This document shows, in pieces, positions 29,431-38,431 of a stretch of DNA of 64,000 nt; positions within the stretch are counted from its first letter, which is position 1, and every line of letters begins with the position of its first letter. The position numbers and the translations under genes were made by a program. The stretch is from the IMG/VR virus record IMGVR_UViG_3300044796_000657, positions 186,001 to 250,000 of that record, one strand, 5' to 3'. A model generated the notes under the pieces. That model did not search any database. It had not been told where the DNA came from and saw nothing but the letters and a program-made list of their open reading frames with translations.

Positions 29431-30150
29431 ATGCCATGCAACAAAAATCACACAAATTGTAAATTTGATTCGTACGGAATGGGCATCATGCCTGAGTGCT
29501 GTAAGAGCCACTTAATTGAAACAATATTCTACACGACTTGGCTACTCAATCTTTACGAAATTAAACATTGGGCTGATTATGGAACGCTTTTAGGTGCTGT
29601 TAGGGGTGGGGGATTTATCCCTTGGGATTCTGATGGGGATTTCGGCGTTATGGCAAGCAGCAAAAATCAAATACTGAGCTTGGAGCAAAAAATCAAACGG
29701 GATGGATTTCATTTACATGTCTCTAGCAAAAACGTTATTCAAATAGTTTATAGCAAAAACAATTGGTCATATGTTGAATTGTGGTTAAATAGATTAGACA
29801 GCGCAAGAACTTATAAGGTCAAAAAAGTCAGCAATGAAATGCCGCCCCATTATTCACCTATTGATCTATCTCCTATTCGTAATCAATCATTGATATGCAA
29901 ATCAGGCGGGCCGGGGACTCAATGGGATCATACTTCGGATTTTCCATATTGGTTCGTAGAAGAAACAGATAAAGTTAAGTTTGAAGGAAAATATCTGCCT
30001 TCGCCAAAAATGCCAGAACACTTTTTGGATATGCGGTTTGGGCACTGGCAAGACCCTGTACGAAAATCGGTAGCGTATTTCGGGGGCAATGCCCTATCCA
30101 TGAGAGAAAGCCTCAAAAAAGTCAATCAATTGAAATCAATGCGAGGATAA
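29431..30150 (+). CDS. LicD family phosphotransferase
   Basis: W.DYGTLLGAVR.GGFIPWD.D.D; FEG...P.P...FL..RFG.W..P. Confidence 0.9.
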   Translation: MPCNKNHTNCKFDSYGMGIMPECCKSHLIETIFYTTWLLNLYEIKHWADYGTLLGAVRGGGFIPWDSDGDFGVMASSKNQILSLEQKIKRDGFHLHVSSKNVIQIVYSKNNWSYVELWLNRLDSARTYKVKKVSNEMPPHYSPIDLSPIRNQSLICKSGGPGTQWDHTSDFPYWFVEETDKVKFEGKYLPSPKMPEHFLDMRFGHWQDPVRKSVAYFGGNALSMRESLKKVNQLKSMRG

Positions 30151-30800
30151 ACGTAATTGATGGCATATTCCAATTGTTCTTGATCGTCAATTTCTGTAAA
30201 AACGCCCGGAGCATTGAGAATGAAAAACTTATCACCCAAAGTTTCATAAGCATAATCATAATGCTCTTTTGGATTCTTTTTCAAAATGCAATACGACTTA
30301 ACAATAAGACGAGCAAATGTATCGGCGCTCAATTTAGAAATGCCTACAGCAATATTCTGATTAGGCGGCAATTTCTTTGACATATGAATCAAATTGCCGT
30401 CAGAATCCACTTCGGCAAATACGGCATCTTTAGGATCGCCCTTACCAAACAAAACAACATTAGGAGCAGGGCATTCAATAATAGCATCAAGCATGATCGG
30501 ATCGTAGAGAATGTCCGATTCCAGAATCAAAACATCACTCCTAATATCACCCATTTGTCTCAAAGTATGAAGACTGCCAGTTGTTTCATAAACATCATTT
30601 TGTCTGGTTTCAAATCCGAGAGCTTGATAATAACGAGCACCATATCCCGTTCCAATAATGGGACAAATCCCCCTTTTCAATAATGCTTTAATAGAATAAG
30701 AAATCAATGAATTGCCATAAAGGTTAATAAAACCTTTAGGCCGATTCAGATTCAAACGACTACCTGTTCCAGCAGCCAAAATAAGTGCATGTTTAACCAT
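30126..30800 (-). CDS. LicC/PntC-like (phosphocholine/phosphonate) cytidylyltransferase
   Basis: ILAAG.GSRL...PK, GY, N..Y.TTGS, LESDILY, EIDD. Confidence 0.85.
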   Translation of the reverse strand: MVKHALILAAGTGSRLNLNRPKGFINLYGNSLISYSIKALLKRGICPIIGTGYGARYYQALGFETRQNDVYETTGSLHTLRQMGDIRSDVLILESDILYDPIMLDAIIECPAPNVVLFGKGDPKDAVFAEVDSDGNLIHMSKKLPPNQNIAVGISKLSADTFARLIVKSYCILKKNPKEHYDYAYETLGDKFFILNAPGVFTEIDDQEQLEYAINYVYPRIDFN

Positions 30801-31698
30801 TGGCGATTTTTCTCAATATCGTATTCAATTCATGATACACATGATTACTAGAATAATTGAAACAACTGATTTGAATACAATCTTTCATGTATGTTTCATT
30901 TTGATAAACAAAGAATCCTTCATTGGCCAAAGCATCCTTAACATTCAACCTCAACGTCACCACTGGTGATATGCTTTCATTGACAATATACTTCTCTAAG
31001 CCTTTAGTTAAAGTTTCAGCATTCAATGAAACCATTGCTCTGAATTTATCTAAATCAAAAATTTTCAATGATTGCAAAAGAGAGAAAAACTGAGGCATCA
31101 AAGATGTGTGCGGTGTTTCACCTTTTTTGGCATACTCAATATACTTAGACAGATTGAGATAATCGGAGCGACAAAACAAAGCAGGAAGATCATTATAAAG
31201 CACAATGCCCATCGCAGGCAAGCCGGATAATTGTTTAGAAGAACTGACAATTAGAAAATCTGCTTGTGGAATCGGATAATACGGAAAAGCAGAAACCGCA
31301 TCAACAATTAACTTACCATCAAATTTGAAATTAGTCAAATCATTATAATAACTGTTACTTGTCTCAAACTGAACAACGAAACAAACATCACGCTTTTCCA
31401 CCTTGGCTAAATCGTCATAAATCTTAACATTCTTGCTGTAATAAGAAGCTGTAATTGCTGCTCGACGACCAAATTCGCCATTAACGACAACGGCAACCGT
31501 TGTATCTTCGGCAAGTGTTGAAGATAAGACGGTTTCTACGGCGGAAGATGCACTTCCTTGCGTAAAAATCACATTTTTATAACCCGATAAATTCAAGAGA
31601 AGCAATGCCGTTTGCTTATAAACATCACGAAATTCATCACTTCTGTGGCTGAATTCTATCGTCTCACTTGGTACCGGGCCGGGGGATAGGAGTTTCAT
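30793..31698 (-). CDS. class V PLP enzyme (2-aminoethylphosphonate transaminase-like)
   Basis: LSPGP, SHRS.EF, NGEFG.R, ETS...N, VDAVS.F, SSSK..GLP (PLP Lys). Confidence 0.8.
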   Translation of the reverse strand: MKLLSPGPVPSETIEFSHRSDEFRDVYKQTALLLLNLSGYKNVIFTQGSASSAVETVLSSTLAEDTTVAVVVNGEFGRRAAITASYYSKNVKIYDDLAKVEKRDVCFVVQFETSNSYYNDLTNFKFDGKLIVDAVSAFPYYPIPQADFLIVSSSKQLSGLPAMGIVLYNDLPALFCRSDYLNLSKYIEYAKKGETPHTSLMPQFFSLLQSLKIFDLDKFRAMVSLNAETLTKGLEKYIVNESISPVVTLRLNVKDALANEGFFVYQNETYMKDCIQISCFNYSSNHVYHELNTILRKIANG

Positions 31699-32378
31699 TT
31701 GGATAGACGTACATTGAACCTATAAGGGTAACATGGCAACGGATGAGGCATAATATCTAATCTCAACCCCGATTTCTTGGCATAATCCTCAAAAAACTCA
31801 TGACTCAAATAAAGATGATCGAGTCCTGCATACAGTACGTCATAATCCTTGCCGACATTTTCACGCCTCGTTTTTTCCGCTAATGGCTTCTTCAATTCAT
31901 CGTTAATGTCAACAATTCCAACAATCTTATTAGCTTTGGCAACCATGACATCAAGCACTTGCGTTGCGTATTCCTTACTAGGAAAATACACACAGCAACC
32001 TACTGCCAGTACAACATCATATTTGGGTTCAGTAGGAATTGCTATCGCTTCGACTGCTGAAAGGTCGTCAGACTTAATGATTTGTTTGGCGTGTTCAATC
32101 AGTGCTTCGCAATAATCGGCACCACCAACGCTCTTGGCTATATCTTGGATGTTGTACAAGAAAGAACCAGCACCACAACCAATTTCAAAAACAGACTTCG
32201 TATCGTCTATTTCATAGGTCATAATGATGGATTTGATAAAATTTAACCAAGCTGCTAAGTCGGTTTTAGCAACTTTCGATTCGTATCCGCTGGCAGTGAA
32301 TAAGGCTTGTAATAAACTAGCTGGTGGCAAAGATAGACTCTTGCCCCGCCTGTCCCATACTTCTTTCCACTTGTTCAT
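31695..32378 (-). CDS. class I SAM-dependent methyltransferase (N-MTase-like)
   Basis: VFEIGCGAG, G.D, YDVV, VYFPS.EY. Confidence 0.85.
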   Translation of the reverse strand: MNKWKEVWDRRGKSLSLPPASLLQALFTASGYESKVAKTDLAAWLNFIKSIIMTYEIDDTKSVFEIGCGAGSFLYNIQDIAKSVGGADYCEALIEHAKQIIKSDDLSAVEAIAIPTEPKYDVVLAVGCCVYFPSKEYATQVLDVMVAKANKIVGIVDINDELKKPLAEKTRRENVGKDYDVLYAGLDHLYLSHEFFEDYAKKSGLRLDIMPHPLPCYPYRFNVRLSK

Positions 32379-32733
32379 ATACTTCTTTCGCAAAGTTGTC
32401 TTGGCATTTTTTGTTATAAGCTAGAATCGTTTCAAGGGAATTTCCTAATATTTCGCCAAAATCATCTTTAGTGACTTCGACTCCTCTAATACGTGCTCTT
32501 TGTTCTTCAGCAGAACGAAAGCCACTTTCCTTTAACATATCGACAGCTTCGTCAAATATATCTTCAGGAAAAATTTCCATGCCATGTTCTTGGAATTTTT
32601 TCAAACACCTCTTAGCTGCTGGCTCCATGAAAGCCTGTAATAAGGTTTGAATAGATGTGCTGATTACTGGCCCTTCTAGTAAAACGTCCTTTTCGTCTTC
32701 CGGGCCGTAAAATGATAATCTGTATATAGACAT
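32317..32733 (-). CDS. hypothetical protein
   Basis: GGAGG SD, 138 aa. Confidence 0.6.
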   Translation of the reverse strand: MSIYRLSFYGPEDEKDVLLEGPVISTSIQTLLQAFMEPAAKRCLKKFQEHGMEIFPEDIFDEAVDMLKESGFRSAEEQRARIRGVEVTKDDFGEILGNSLETILAYNKKCQDNFAKEVYEQVERSMGQAGQESIFATS

Positions 32734-32759
32734 AAAAAACCTCCCCGTTGAAGGGAGGT
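32734..32759 (-). terminator. hairpin/terminator overlapping SD of next gene
   Basis: ACCTCCC-TTCAACG-GGGAGGT-TTTTT directly before ATG 32733. Confidence 0.5.
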
Positions 32760-32784
32760 CACCAAAGGAAAATGAATGTCAAAA

Positions 32785-33663
32785 TTAGAATAGCGATCTT
32801 TCAGCAAGAAACCCTGCCGATTGAGCATGTCCACCACCACCATGATGTAAAGCTATTTTAGAAACATCAACACCCTTTTTATTGGAACGCAATGAGTAGG
32901 AATACTTGCCATCCTCTCGCTGAAACCAAACAACACCAAAGGGTCTATTATCCGCCAACATACACCCAACATCCGAATTCATAACACTACTATTAACTGC
33001 TAAAACTCGGTAGCCATCCAATTCAACTTCTCTTGCATATCGCACCATGTCGGATGCCATCTGCTCTTGAAATCTCAAAATTGAACAACCTTCTTTTTTA
33101 ACATCACTCAACTTGCGATGAGATAATTCGTCCCAAGTTTCAAAATCAAATGGATAAGAAGAAATGACAGCGTTAACACATCTCGTATCTGCCAATTCGT
33201 GTTTGCCCAAGTCTCTATCTTGGACATATTGTACCAGCCAAGGCATTGAGCCATCAAAAGATCGGTCACTTTGACGACAATTATTGAAGTAGCACCAAGT
33301 CATCCCACTACCGCTTTTGTTCATATTGAAATAACAATATGGCAAACCGGCAAGATCGGCTTCGGCAGTGATATGGTGATCCAAAACAGTTAATGTTTTA
33401 GATTGTTCGTACATAGATTGTAAAATCTTGCGTTTGTACGAAAAGTCCAAAATGTAAGTTTCACGGCCTTTTGTATCTGGCGGTGATTCCCCAAATTGAG
33501 CAAAGATGATGTTAGCATCTGGAAAAACCTTTTGGGCTACCCATGCCGCACAAAATCCATCTGTGCATCTACCGTGTGTTATCACGGTTACATTACTAGG
33601 AGGGTCTTCGGGTTCCGTAATAATGTCTTTGGGATTAGAAATCACAACTTCTAAAACGCTCAT
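32785..33663 (-). CDS. DHH/DHHA1 phosphoesterase (phage type)
   Basis: H..C.DGF.AA, ILDFS, LDHH, D.DL, SLRS, GGGGH..AG. Confidence 0.9.
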   Translation of the reverse strand: MSVLEVVISNPKDIITEPEDPPSNVTVITHGRCTDGFCAAWVAQKVFPDANIIFAQFGESPPDTKGRETYILDFSYKRKILQSMYEQSKTLTVLDHHITAEADLAGLPYCYFNMNKSGSGMTWCYFNNCRQSDRSFDGSMPWLVQYVQDRDLGKHELADTRCVNAVISSYPFDFETWDELSHRKLSDVKKEGCSILRFQEQMASDMVRYAREVELDGYRVLAVNSSVMNSDVGCMLADNRPFGVVWFQREDGKYSYSLRSNKKGVDVSKIALHHGGGGHAQSAGFLAERSLF

Positions 33664-34325
33664 AAACCTTTAGCGAACTGGTAAACAGCCCGCCCCTTAT
33701 GACGTTTAGCATCCCACTGATTTTCCAACGTAGCATAAAAGCCCGTTTCGGTAATCGGTGAATTCCCTTCAAGCGGTAAGCCCCACTTGCGGATAGCATA
33801 AACGTTAACACTCAAGTCTTTTTTGGGAATGTATTTTGCCAAAGGTGGCACATCTTTTACAACCATCGCATTGCCAGCAATCATTGCATATTGACCAATG
33901 GTCGTAAATTGATGCGTCACAGCCGCTACACCAACGGTAGCGCCTTCCATAACTCTTGTCCAACCGGACAATATCGTACCAATTGAGAGAACAGCTTTTT
34001 GCTCTACGATACAATCGTGAGCAATATGGCATCTTCCCATAATATACACATCATCCATCACCTCTGTCAATCCCGCTGTCGGGAGGGTGATAACACTTAA
34101 TTCTCTAATAATCACACGTTCGCCAATACGTACAATTCCCGTACATTCGTTTTGTTGTTCGTATTTCTCTGTACTATGCTCTGGCGGCTGTCCTATAATG
34201 ACATGCGTACCAACAATCGTATCATCACCAATCTCGCATTGAGAAATGGTTGAATAAGCACCAATTCTCACGTTTTTACCCAAACGCACAGTTTCCCAAT
34301 CAATGATAGCAGTTGGATGTATCAC
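33660..34325 (-). CDS. LpxA-like hexapeptide-repeat acyltransferase
   Basis: IHPTAII, hexapeptide repeats, IRE, HIAHDC, HQF..IG. Confidence 0.85.
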   Translation of the reverse strand: MIHPTAIIDWETVRLGKNVRIGAYSTISQCEIGDDTIVGTHVIIGQPPEHSTEKYEQQNECTGIVRIGERVIIRELSVITLPTAGLTEVMDDVYIMGRCHIAHDCIVEQKAVLSIGTILSGWTRVMEGATVGVAAVTHQFTTIGQYAMIAGNAMVVKDVPPLAKYIPKKDLSVNVYAIRKWGLPLEGNSPITETGFYATLENQWDAKRHKGRAVYQFAKGL

Positions 34326-34900
34326 AGCTTGCCTTCTGCTAAATCTTGGTACAATTTATTAGTTTTAGCCCAAGCGGTCGCATCACGATAGTGAATATTG
34401 AAGTGCTGAATTTGAAGATCGCAATGCTGACTCTTTTTGAAGTTAACGCATTGTTCGTGAACCCGACCTGAATACCTAACGTGTTTTCTCATCAACCGGT
34501 ACTGCGAGTCCCCGTTCGGACAAGGAACCCATTCACGGGTCATCTCTAAATCAAACCAGTGAAGTCTGGACATTGTCCAAGTGTCAACGCCTTGAGCATT
34601 ACCTTGGTGACATAAATCTCGCAATCGTGCAGCGTGTGCGGGCAACATAATTTCATCTGAGTCAATGGTCAAAAGCCACTGACTTTTGACACGATCTATT
34701 AACCCATTTCTCATACTGCCGAAATCGGTAAATTTGAATGTGAATGGATTATAACCAGCTTCACGTAGCCATTTTTCGGTGCCGTCATTGGTTTTATCAT
34801 CAATACCAATGACGTAATCATCAACATGACCCTTTATGCTCGCAAGACATTTTTTGAGTGGCTCTAATTCGTTACAAGTTAAAATACAAGCTGTTAGCAT
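34322..34900 (-). CDS. GT2 glycosyltransferase
   Basis: ACILT.NE, DFG..RN, WLL.IDSDE, GRVHE. Confidence 0.85.
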   Translation of the reverse strand: MLTACILTCNELEPLKKCLASIKGHVDDYVIGIDDKTNDGTEKWLREAGYNPFTFKFTDFGSMRNGLIDRVKSQWLLTIDSDEIMLPAHAARLRDLCHQGNAQGVDTWTMSRLHWFDLEMTREWVPCPNGDSQYRLMRKHVRYSGRVHEQCVNFKKSQHCDLQIQHFNIHYRDATAWAKTNKLYQDLAEGKL

Positions 34901-34908
34901 AAAATAAC

Positions 34909-35655
34909 TTAGTTAGTTCTCCTGTCATTCATAACAAAAAGCTTCCGATCACGCAAAGCTGTCGTATAAATATTTTCATCAGGAAGTTGTTCAATATCCA
35001 TTTCACAAGTCCAAGCAAATTCTTGAAGTGCCATGAAGTTTGGAATGAAAAAAGAACCCGCACCAACATGTTTAACGTATTGTTGGCCTCTGTATACAGT
35101 AGTGTGCCGTTCTGGTCTATCGCTGGCTACTTCTAAAATAGGCTTCTCAATGTTTATTCTAGTTAAGGGTGTTTCGATGAGAATTTGGCCACCCGGTGAC
35201 AGCAATTGGGTCATCTTTCTAAAATGACCCAATACATCTTCGGCGTGATATAAAACACCAAAATACAAAATTACATCATACTTTTTATCTTCGCCAAGAT
35301 TCAAAAAGTTATCAACTACAATGTCCAATTCAACGTTCCATTCAGCATTTGCCAAAAGGAGTCTATTCGGAAAATGGCCAATACACATTTCGAGGGGATT
35401 GATTGATGTGACAGACTTTGCGCCTGCGAGCATTGAACCTATTGAGAAAAACCCATCATTAGCACCAATATCTAAAACTTTTTTGTCTTTGACATTAACG
35501 CCAACTCGCCGAAATGCTTCCCACATTTTTTGTTCACGATTACGGTCATGATTAGCCCCCATAATCCTACTACCGTCTGGTAGTGGCATATTATGGAACC
35601 ACATGCCTTTATCAACAAGTTTTCCGTCCCAAGCATAATCAAAAAATGACTTCAT
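34909..35655 (-). CDS. class I SAM methyltransferase (CmoB/DUF1698-like)
   Basis: VLDIGANDGFFS, YDVILYFGVLYH, GG..LIET. Confidence 0.85.
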   Translation of the reverse strand: MKSFFDYAWDGKLVDKGMWFHNMPLPDGSRIMGANHDRNREQKMWEAFRRVGVNVKDKKVLDIGANDGFFSIGSMLAGAKSVTSINPLEMCIGHFPNRLLLANAEWNVELDIVVDNFLNLGEDKKYDVILYFGVLYHAEDVLGHFRKMTQLLSPGGQILIETPLTRINIEKPILEVASDRPERHTTVYRGQQYVKHVGAGSFFIPNFMALQEFAWTCEMDIEQLPDENIYTTALRDRKLFVMNDRRTN

Positions 35656-35714
35656 AACATGTATATAAGGCCGCTACTAGGCTTTCTTGTACACAATGTT
35701 TGCCGTCTGATCGA

Positions 35715-36230
35715 TCACCGCCGCACAAGACCGCTATAAGTATCGTAGTACTGTGCACCTTCTGAGTACGCTATTTCTAATTCATTGATGACTTCTTGGT
35801 AATAAACGCCATCCCGATAACCACTCAGATACAAATGACGCAAAGTTGCCATGTTTGGATAGTGATTTGGGAACAAGAGATAGCGGTTATCTTTCTTGCT
35901 ATTGGCAAATCCATCCACAAAACCATCAACCCACTGAACCGTTGTTTGTAGCTCTTTGGCAATTTGATAGTTAATGTAATCTTCTATCTTTTGCCCTAAG
36001 ATGATGGTTTCAAGTGGATGACAAATCTTCTCTTTTCCTACTGGCGAATAACATCCTGCTTTAGCCTGTAGCTTCATGAACTTGCTGATGCTATAGCCGT
36101 GACTCATGGCCATATCAACACTGTGGTCAAGTTTGTCTTTGAGGACTTTTTTCATCTTTTTTTTCACAAGAATACCCTTATCGCCACATGGAAACAAAGT
36201 AACACTTACCGTCTCGCTCACCGACGACAA
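35715..36230 (-). CDS. hypothetical protein
   Basis: Open frame; true start probably downstream (~36155). Confidence 0.5.
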   Translation of the reverse strand: MSSVSETVSVTLFPCGDKGILVKKKMKKVLKDKLDHSVDMAMSHGYSISKFMKLQAKAGCYSPVGKEKICHPLETIILGQKIEDYINYQIAKELQTTVQWVDGFVDGFANSKKDNRYLLFPNHYPNMATLRHLYLSGYRDGVYYQEVINELEIAYSEGAQYYDTYSGLVRR

Positions 36231-37416
36231 TAGGGAATACGATATTGTTGTCTACCAACATCGTATCAAGGAAAGTTGAAGCGGTAACAGCGTTGTCAAA
36301 TTCGTGTACGACACCTTTAGCATCGGTAATCGTCCAATGGTCAACATCTTTATTCGGACGAATAAAGGAATTGTTGACGTTAATGCTTGGCACCAAAACC
36401 CACAGATAATCGAAGAAGGGATGACCACCAAGAGAGTCAAACTCTTCAACCTTATCGATAATCTTTTGTGTACTTGGCGGAATGCTGCCAAAAACAGGCA
36501 AAGGATACATGCGAGACTGGTAGAAGAAGTTCGATGACCCACCAATCAGCGGGGCAAACTTGGTGTTCAAAATTAAGGTCTTCTTGATCGCTTCGGCTTT
36601 CGGATCATCCGAAGCTGCCTCATCGGACTTTTTGTCTGCCCAGAATTTGAAGTTGTCAAAATACTTGGACGGTACGATGATGTTGCCAGAGTCACTCCAT
36701 CGGAACCCGTGCATACGAGCCAAGGTTACAGATGCTTCATCGGGACGAATCCGATAGAAACCACAATAAGCCGACATGGACTCTTGAAGCGACTTCATTC
36801 GCTTTCCAAAAGTACCGGCTAATTCAGCCATGCCGATGTTGGCAAATTTATTTTGCTTCTTTTCCAACTCTGCCATCTCTTCATTGCTAGATGTTGAAAA
36901 TCTGGCAAACCGATTGAAGTTAATGGGTTGTGAGAAAAAGGCATTCTCGCCCGTGGTGAAGAGGGACTTCAACCCGATGTTGTGAGGATTTTTCTTGACC
37001 GCTCGTTGATCCTTGCGTTCAACGACATTGGCCAAAAGGCGTGTACGAGGCTGTTGAATGGCCCGAAGCAAAGTCTTGCTTTCCGTCCATTTGTCTAATT
37101 CGCCTTCTCGATTAACTTTTCCATCTTCCGCAGCCTCGGCGCAGAATTTGAAAACTTCGAGTGCGCATTTCGGCAAACTTTCAACGAAAACCTCAAGATC
37201 GGGATGCTTGAGATCAACTCTGCTGGCAAACTTTTTAAGCTTGCGACCAGTGTCACCGAGACTAGCCTTAACGGTTTCGTCAGAAGTCTCGGCAATCTTG
37301 CTGAGGAATTTAACCCAACTAGGGATACTGCAAACTGCCTTTTCTTGGCAGTCGAATATCGCCTCAACCTTCGATTGGGTACTTTTAACCTGATCCAGAA
37401 GTTCGGCAGTCGCCAT
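36178..37416 (-). CDS. hypothetical protein
   Basis: 412-aa ORF with GGAG SD. Confidence 0.7.
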   Translation of the reverse strand: MATAELLDQVKSTQSKVEAIFDCQEKAVCSIPSWVKFLSKIAETSDETVKASLGDTGRKLKKFASRVDLKHPDLEVFVESLPKCALEVFKFCAEAAEDGKVNREGELDKWTESKTLLRAIQQPRTRLLANVVERKDQRAVKKNPHNIGLKSLFTTGENAFFSQPINFNRFARFSTSSNEEMAELEKKQNKFANIGMAELAGTFGKRMKSLQESMSAYCGFYRIRPDEASVTLARMHGFRWSDSGNIIVPSKYFDNFKFWADKKSDEAASDDPKAEAIKKTLILNTKFAPLIGGSSNFFYQSRMYPLPVFGSIPPSTQKIIDKVEEFDSLGGHPFFDYLWVLVPSINVNNSFIRPNKDVDHWTITDAKGVVHEFDNAVTASTFLDTMLVDNNIVFPIVVGERDGKCYFVSMWR

Positions 37417-37466
37417 GTGTATTCTCCGGGTACGAACTTACATTCTACCCATGACAATGAAAAGAA

Positions 37467-37991
37467 TCAATCTTTAGAAGTTTTAGGAACTAATCTTACG
37501 GAAAGCCTAGTACCTTCAAACTTTGGAGGTGATACGGTTGTACCAACATCTTGAATGGATGCTAAAATCTTATTCATGATAATGAAGCCACGATCTTTGT
37601 GCTGCATTTCACGACTTCTGAAAACGATGTTAACCGATACAGGATGCTTGTCATTCAAAAACTTCTTCAGTTGATTGATTTTGACTTCAACATCATTATC
37701 ACCGGAAACAGGTCGTAACCGAATTTCCTTCGGTGCGACATTCTTAGAATTGTTTTGTTGCTCTTTCTTCTTCTTCTTTTCTTCGTACTGAAATCGCTTG
37801 TAGTCCATGATTTCGCATACAGGTATGTCGCCAGCGGACACTTCCACTAGATCCATATCGTTAGACCACGCCAAGTCCCAAGCCTTGTACGTTGGCATGA
37901 TCCCTAAGTGTTCACCGTCTCGTTTTACCCGTACAGTGGGTGCGGTGATGTAGCGGTTTACCCGTGTCATCCGTTTGTTGAAAATCGTCAT
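37467..37991 (-). CDS. infC: translation initiation factor IF-3
   Basis: N..I.AP.VRV...G..LGIM, DLVEV, VC.IMDY..F.YE, KEIRLRP, FRSRE, PKFEG. Confidence 0.95.
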   Translation of the reverse strand: MTIFNKRMTRVNRYITAPTVRVKRDGEHLGIMPTYKAWDLAWSNDMDLVEVSAGDIPVCEIMDYKRFQYEEKKKKKEQQNNSKNVAPKEIRLRPVSGDNDVEVKINQLKKFLNDKHPVSVNIVFRSREMQHKDRGFIIMNKILASIQDVGTTVSPPKFEGTRLSVRLVPKTSKD

Positions 37992-38032
37992 TCTCCAATA
38001 GTACTTGTTTTAAAATGGGACAAGAAACAACC

Positions 38033-38236
38033 CTATAATCCAAAGCACTCTTCAACACTATCCGGATCGATTACATCAGGAATATAATCCTTCACAGAAA
38101 AATATTCCTTTGGATGCATTCTCTCTAAATCAGTCAAAATCTTCTTTAACTTTTTCTCGTCGGTGAAAACGACCACGACTTCATCGCTTTCGTTTTCTTG
38201 ACCGGGAGCCATCGTCACATAAATCGCTTTCATCAA
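38033..38236 (-). CDS. hypothetical protein
   Basis: small coupled ORF. Confidence 0.5.
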   Translation of the reverse strand: MMKAIYVTMAPGQENESDEVVVVFTDEKKLKKILTDLERMHPKEYFSVKDYIPDVIDPDSVEECFGL

Positions 38237-38430
38237 AAAATCTGCTTTCCAGTTAGTTTCAAAATAATTTCAGGATCGACAACTGAATTGCCGTGTTCAT
38301 CAAAAAAATGAACCCATCCATCTTCCGTGAGTCTTTCCCCACGATGATACCGCTTAATTGTATCGGCATCAATCTCGGCATTCATTTCTCTAATTGCCGT
38401 ATCTGACAACTCTTGACGTATGTCTCTCAA
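38233..38430 (-). CDS. hypothetical protein
   Basis: small coupled ORF. Confidence 0.45.
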   Translation of the reverse strand: MRDIRQELSDTAIREMNAEIDADTIKRYHRGERLTEDGWVHFFDEHGNSVVDPEIILKLTGKQIF

Positions 38431-38431
38431 A

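Noticed and set aside
36155-36170. Second A AAA AAG run
   Set aside because: Lies at or before the probable start codon of the gene; no plausible alternative-frame product identified
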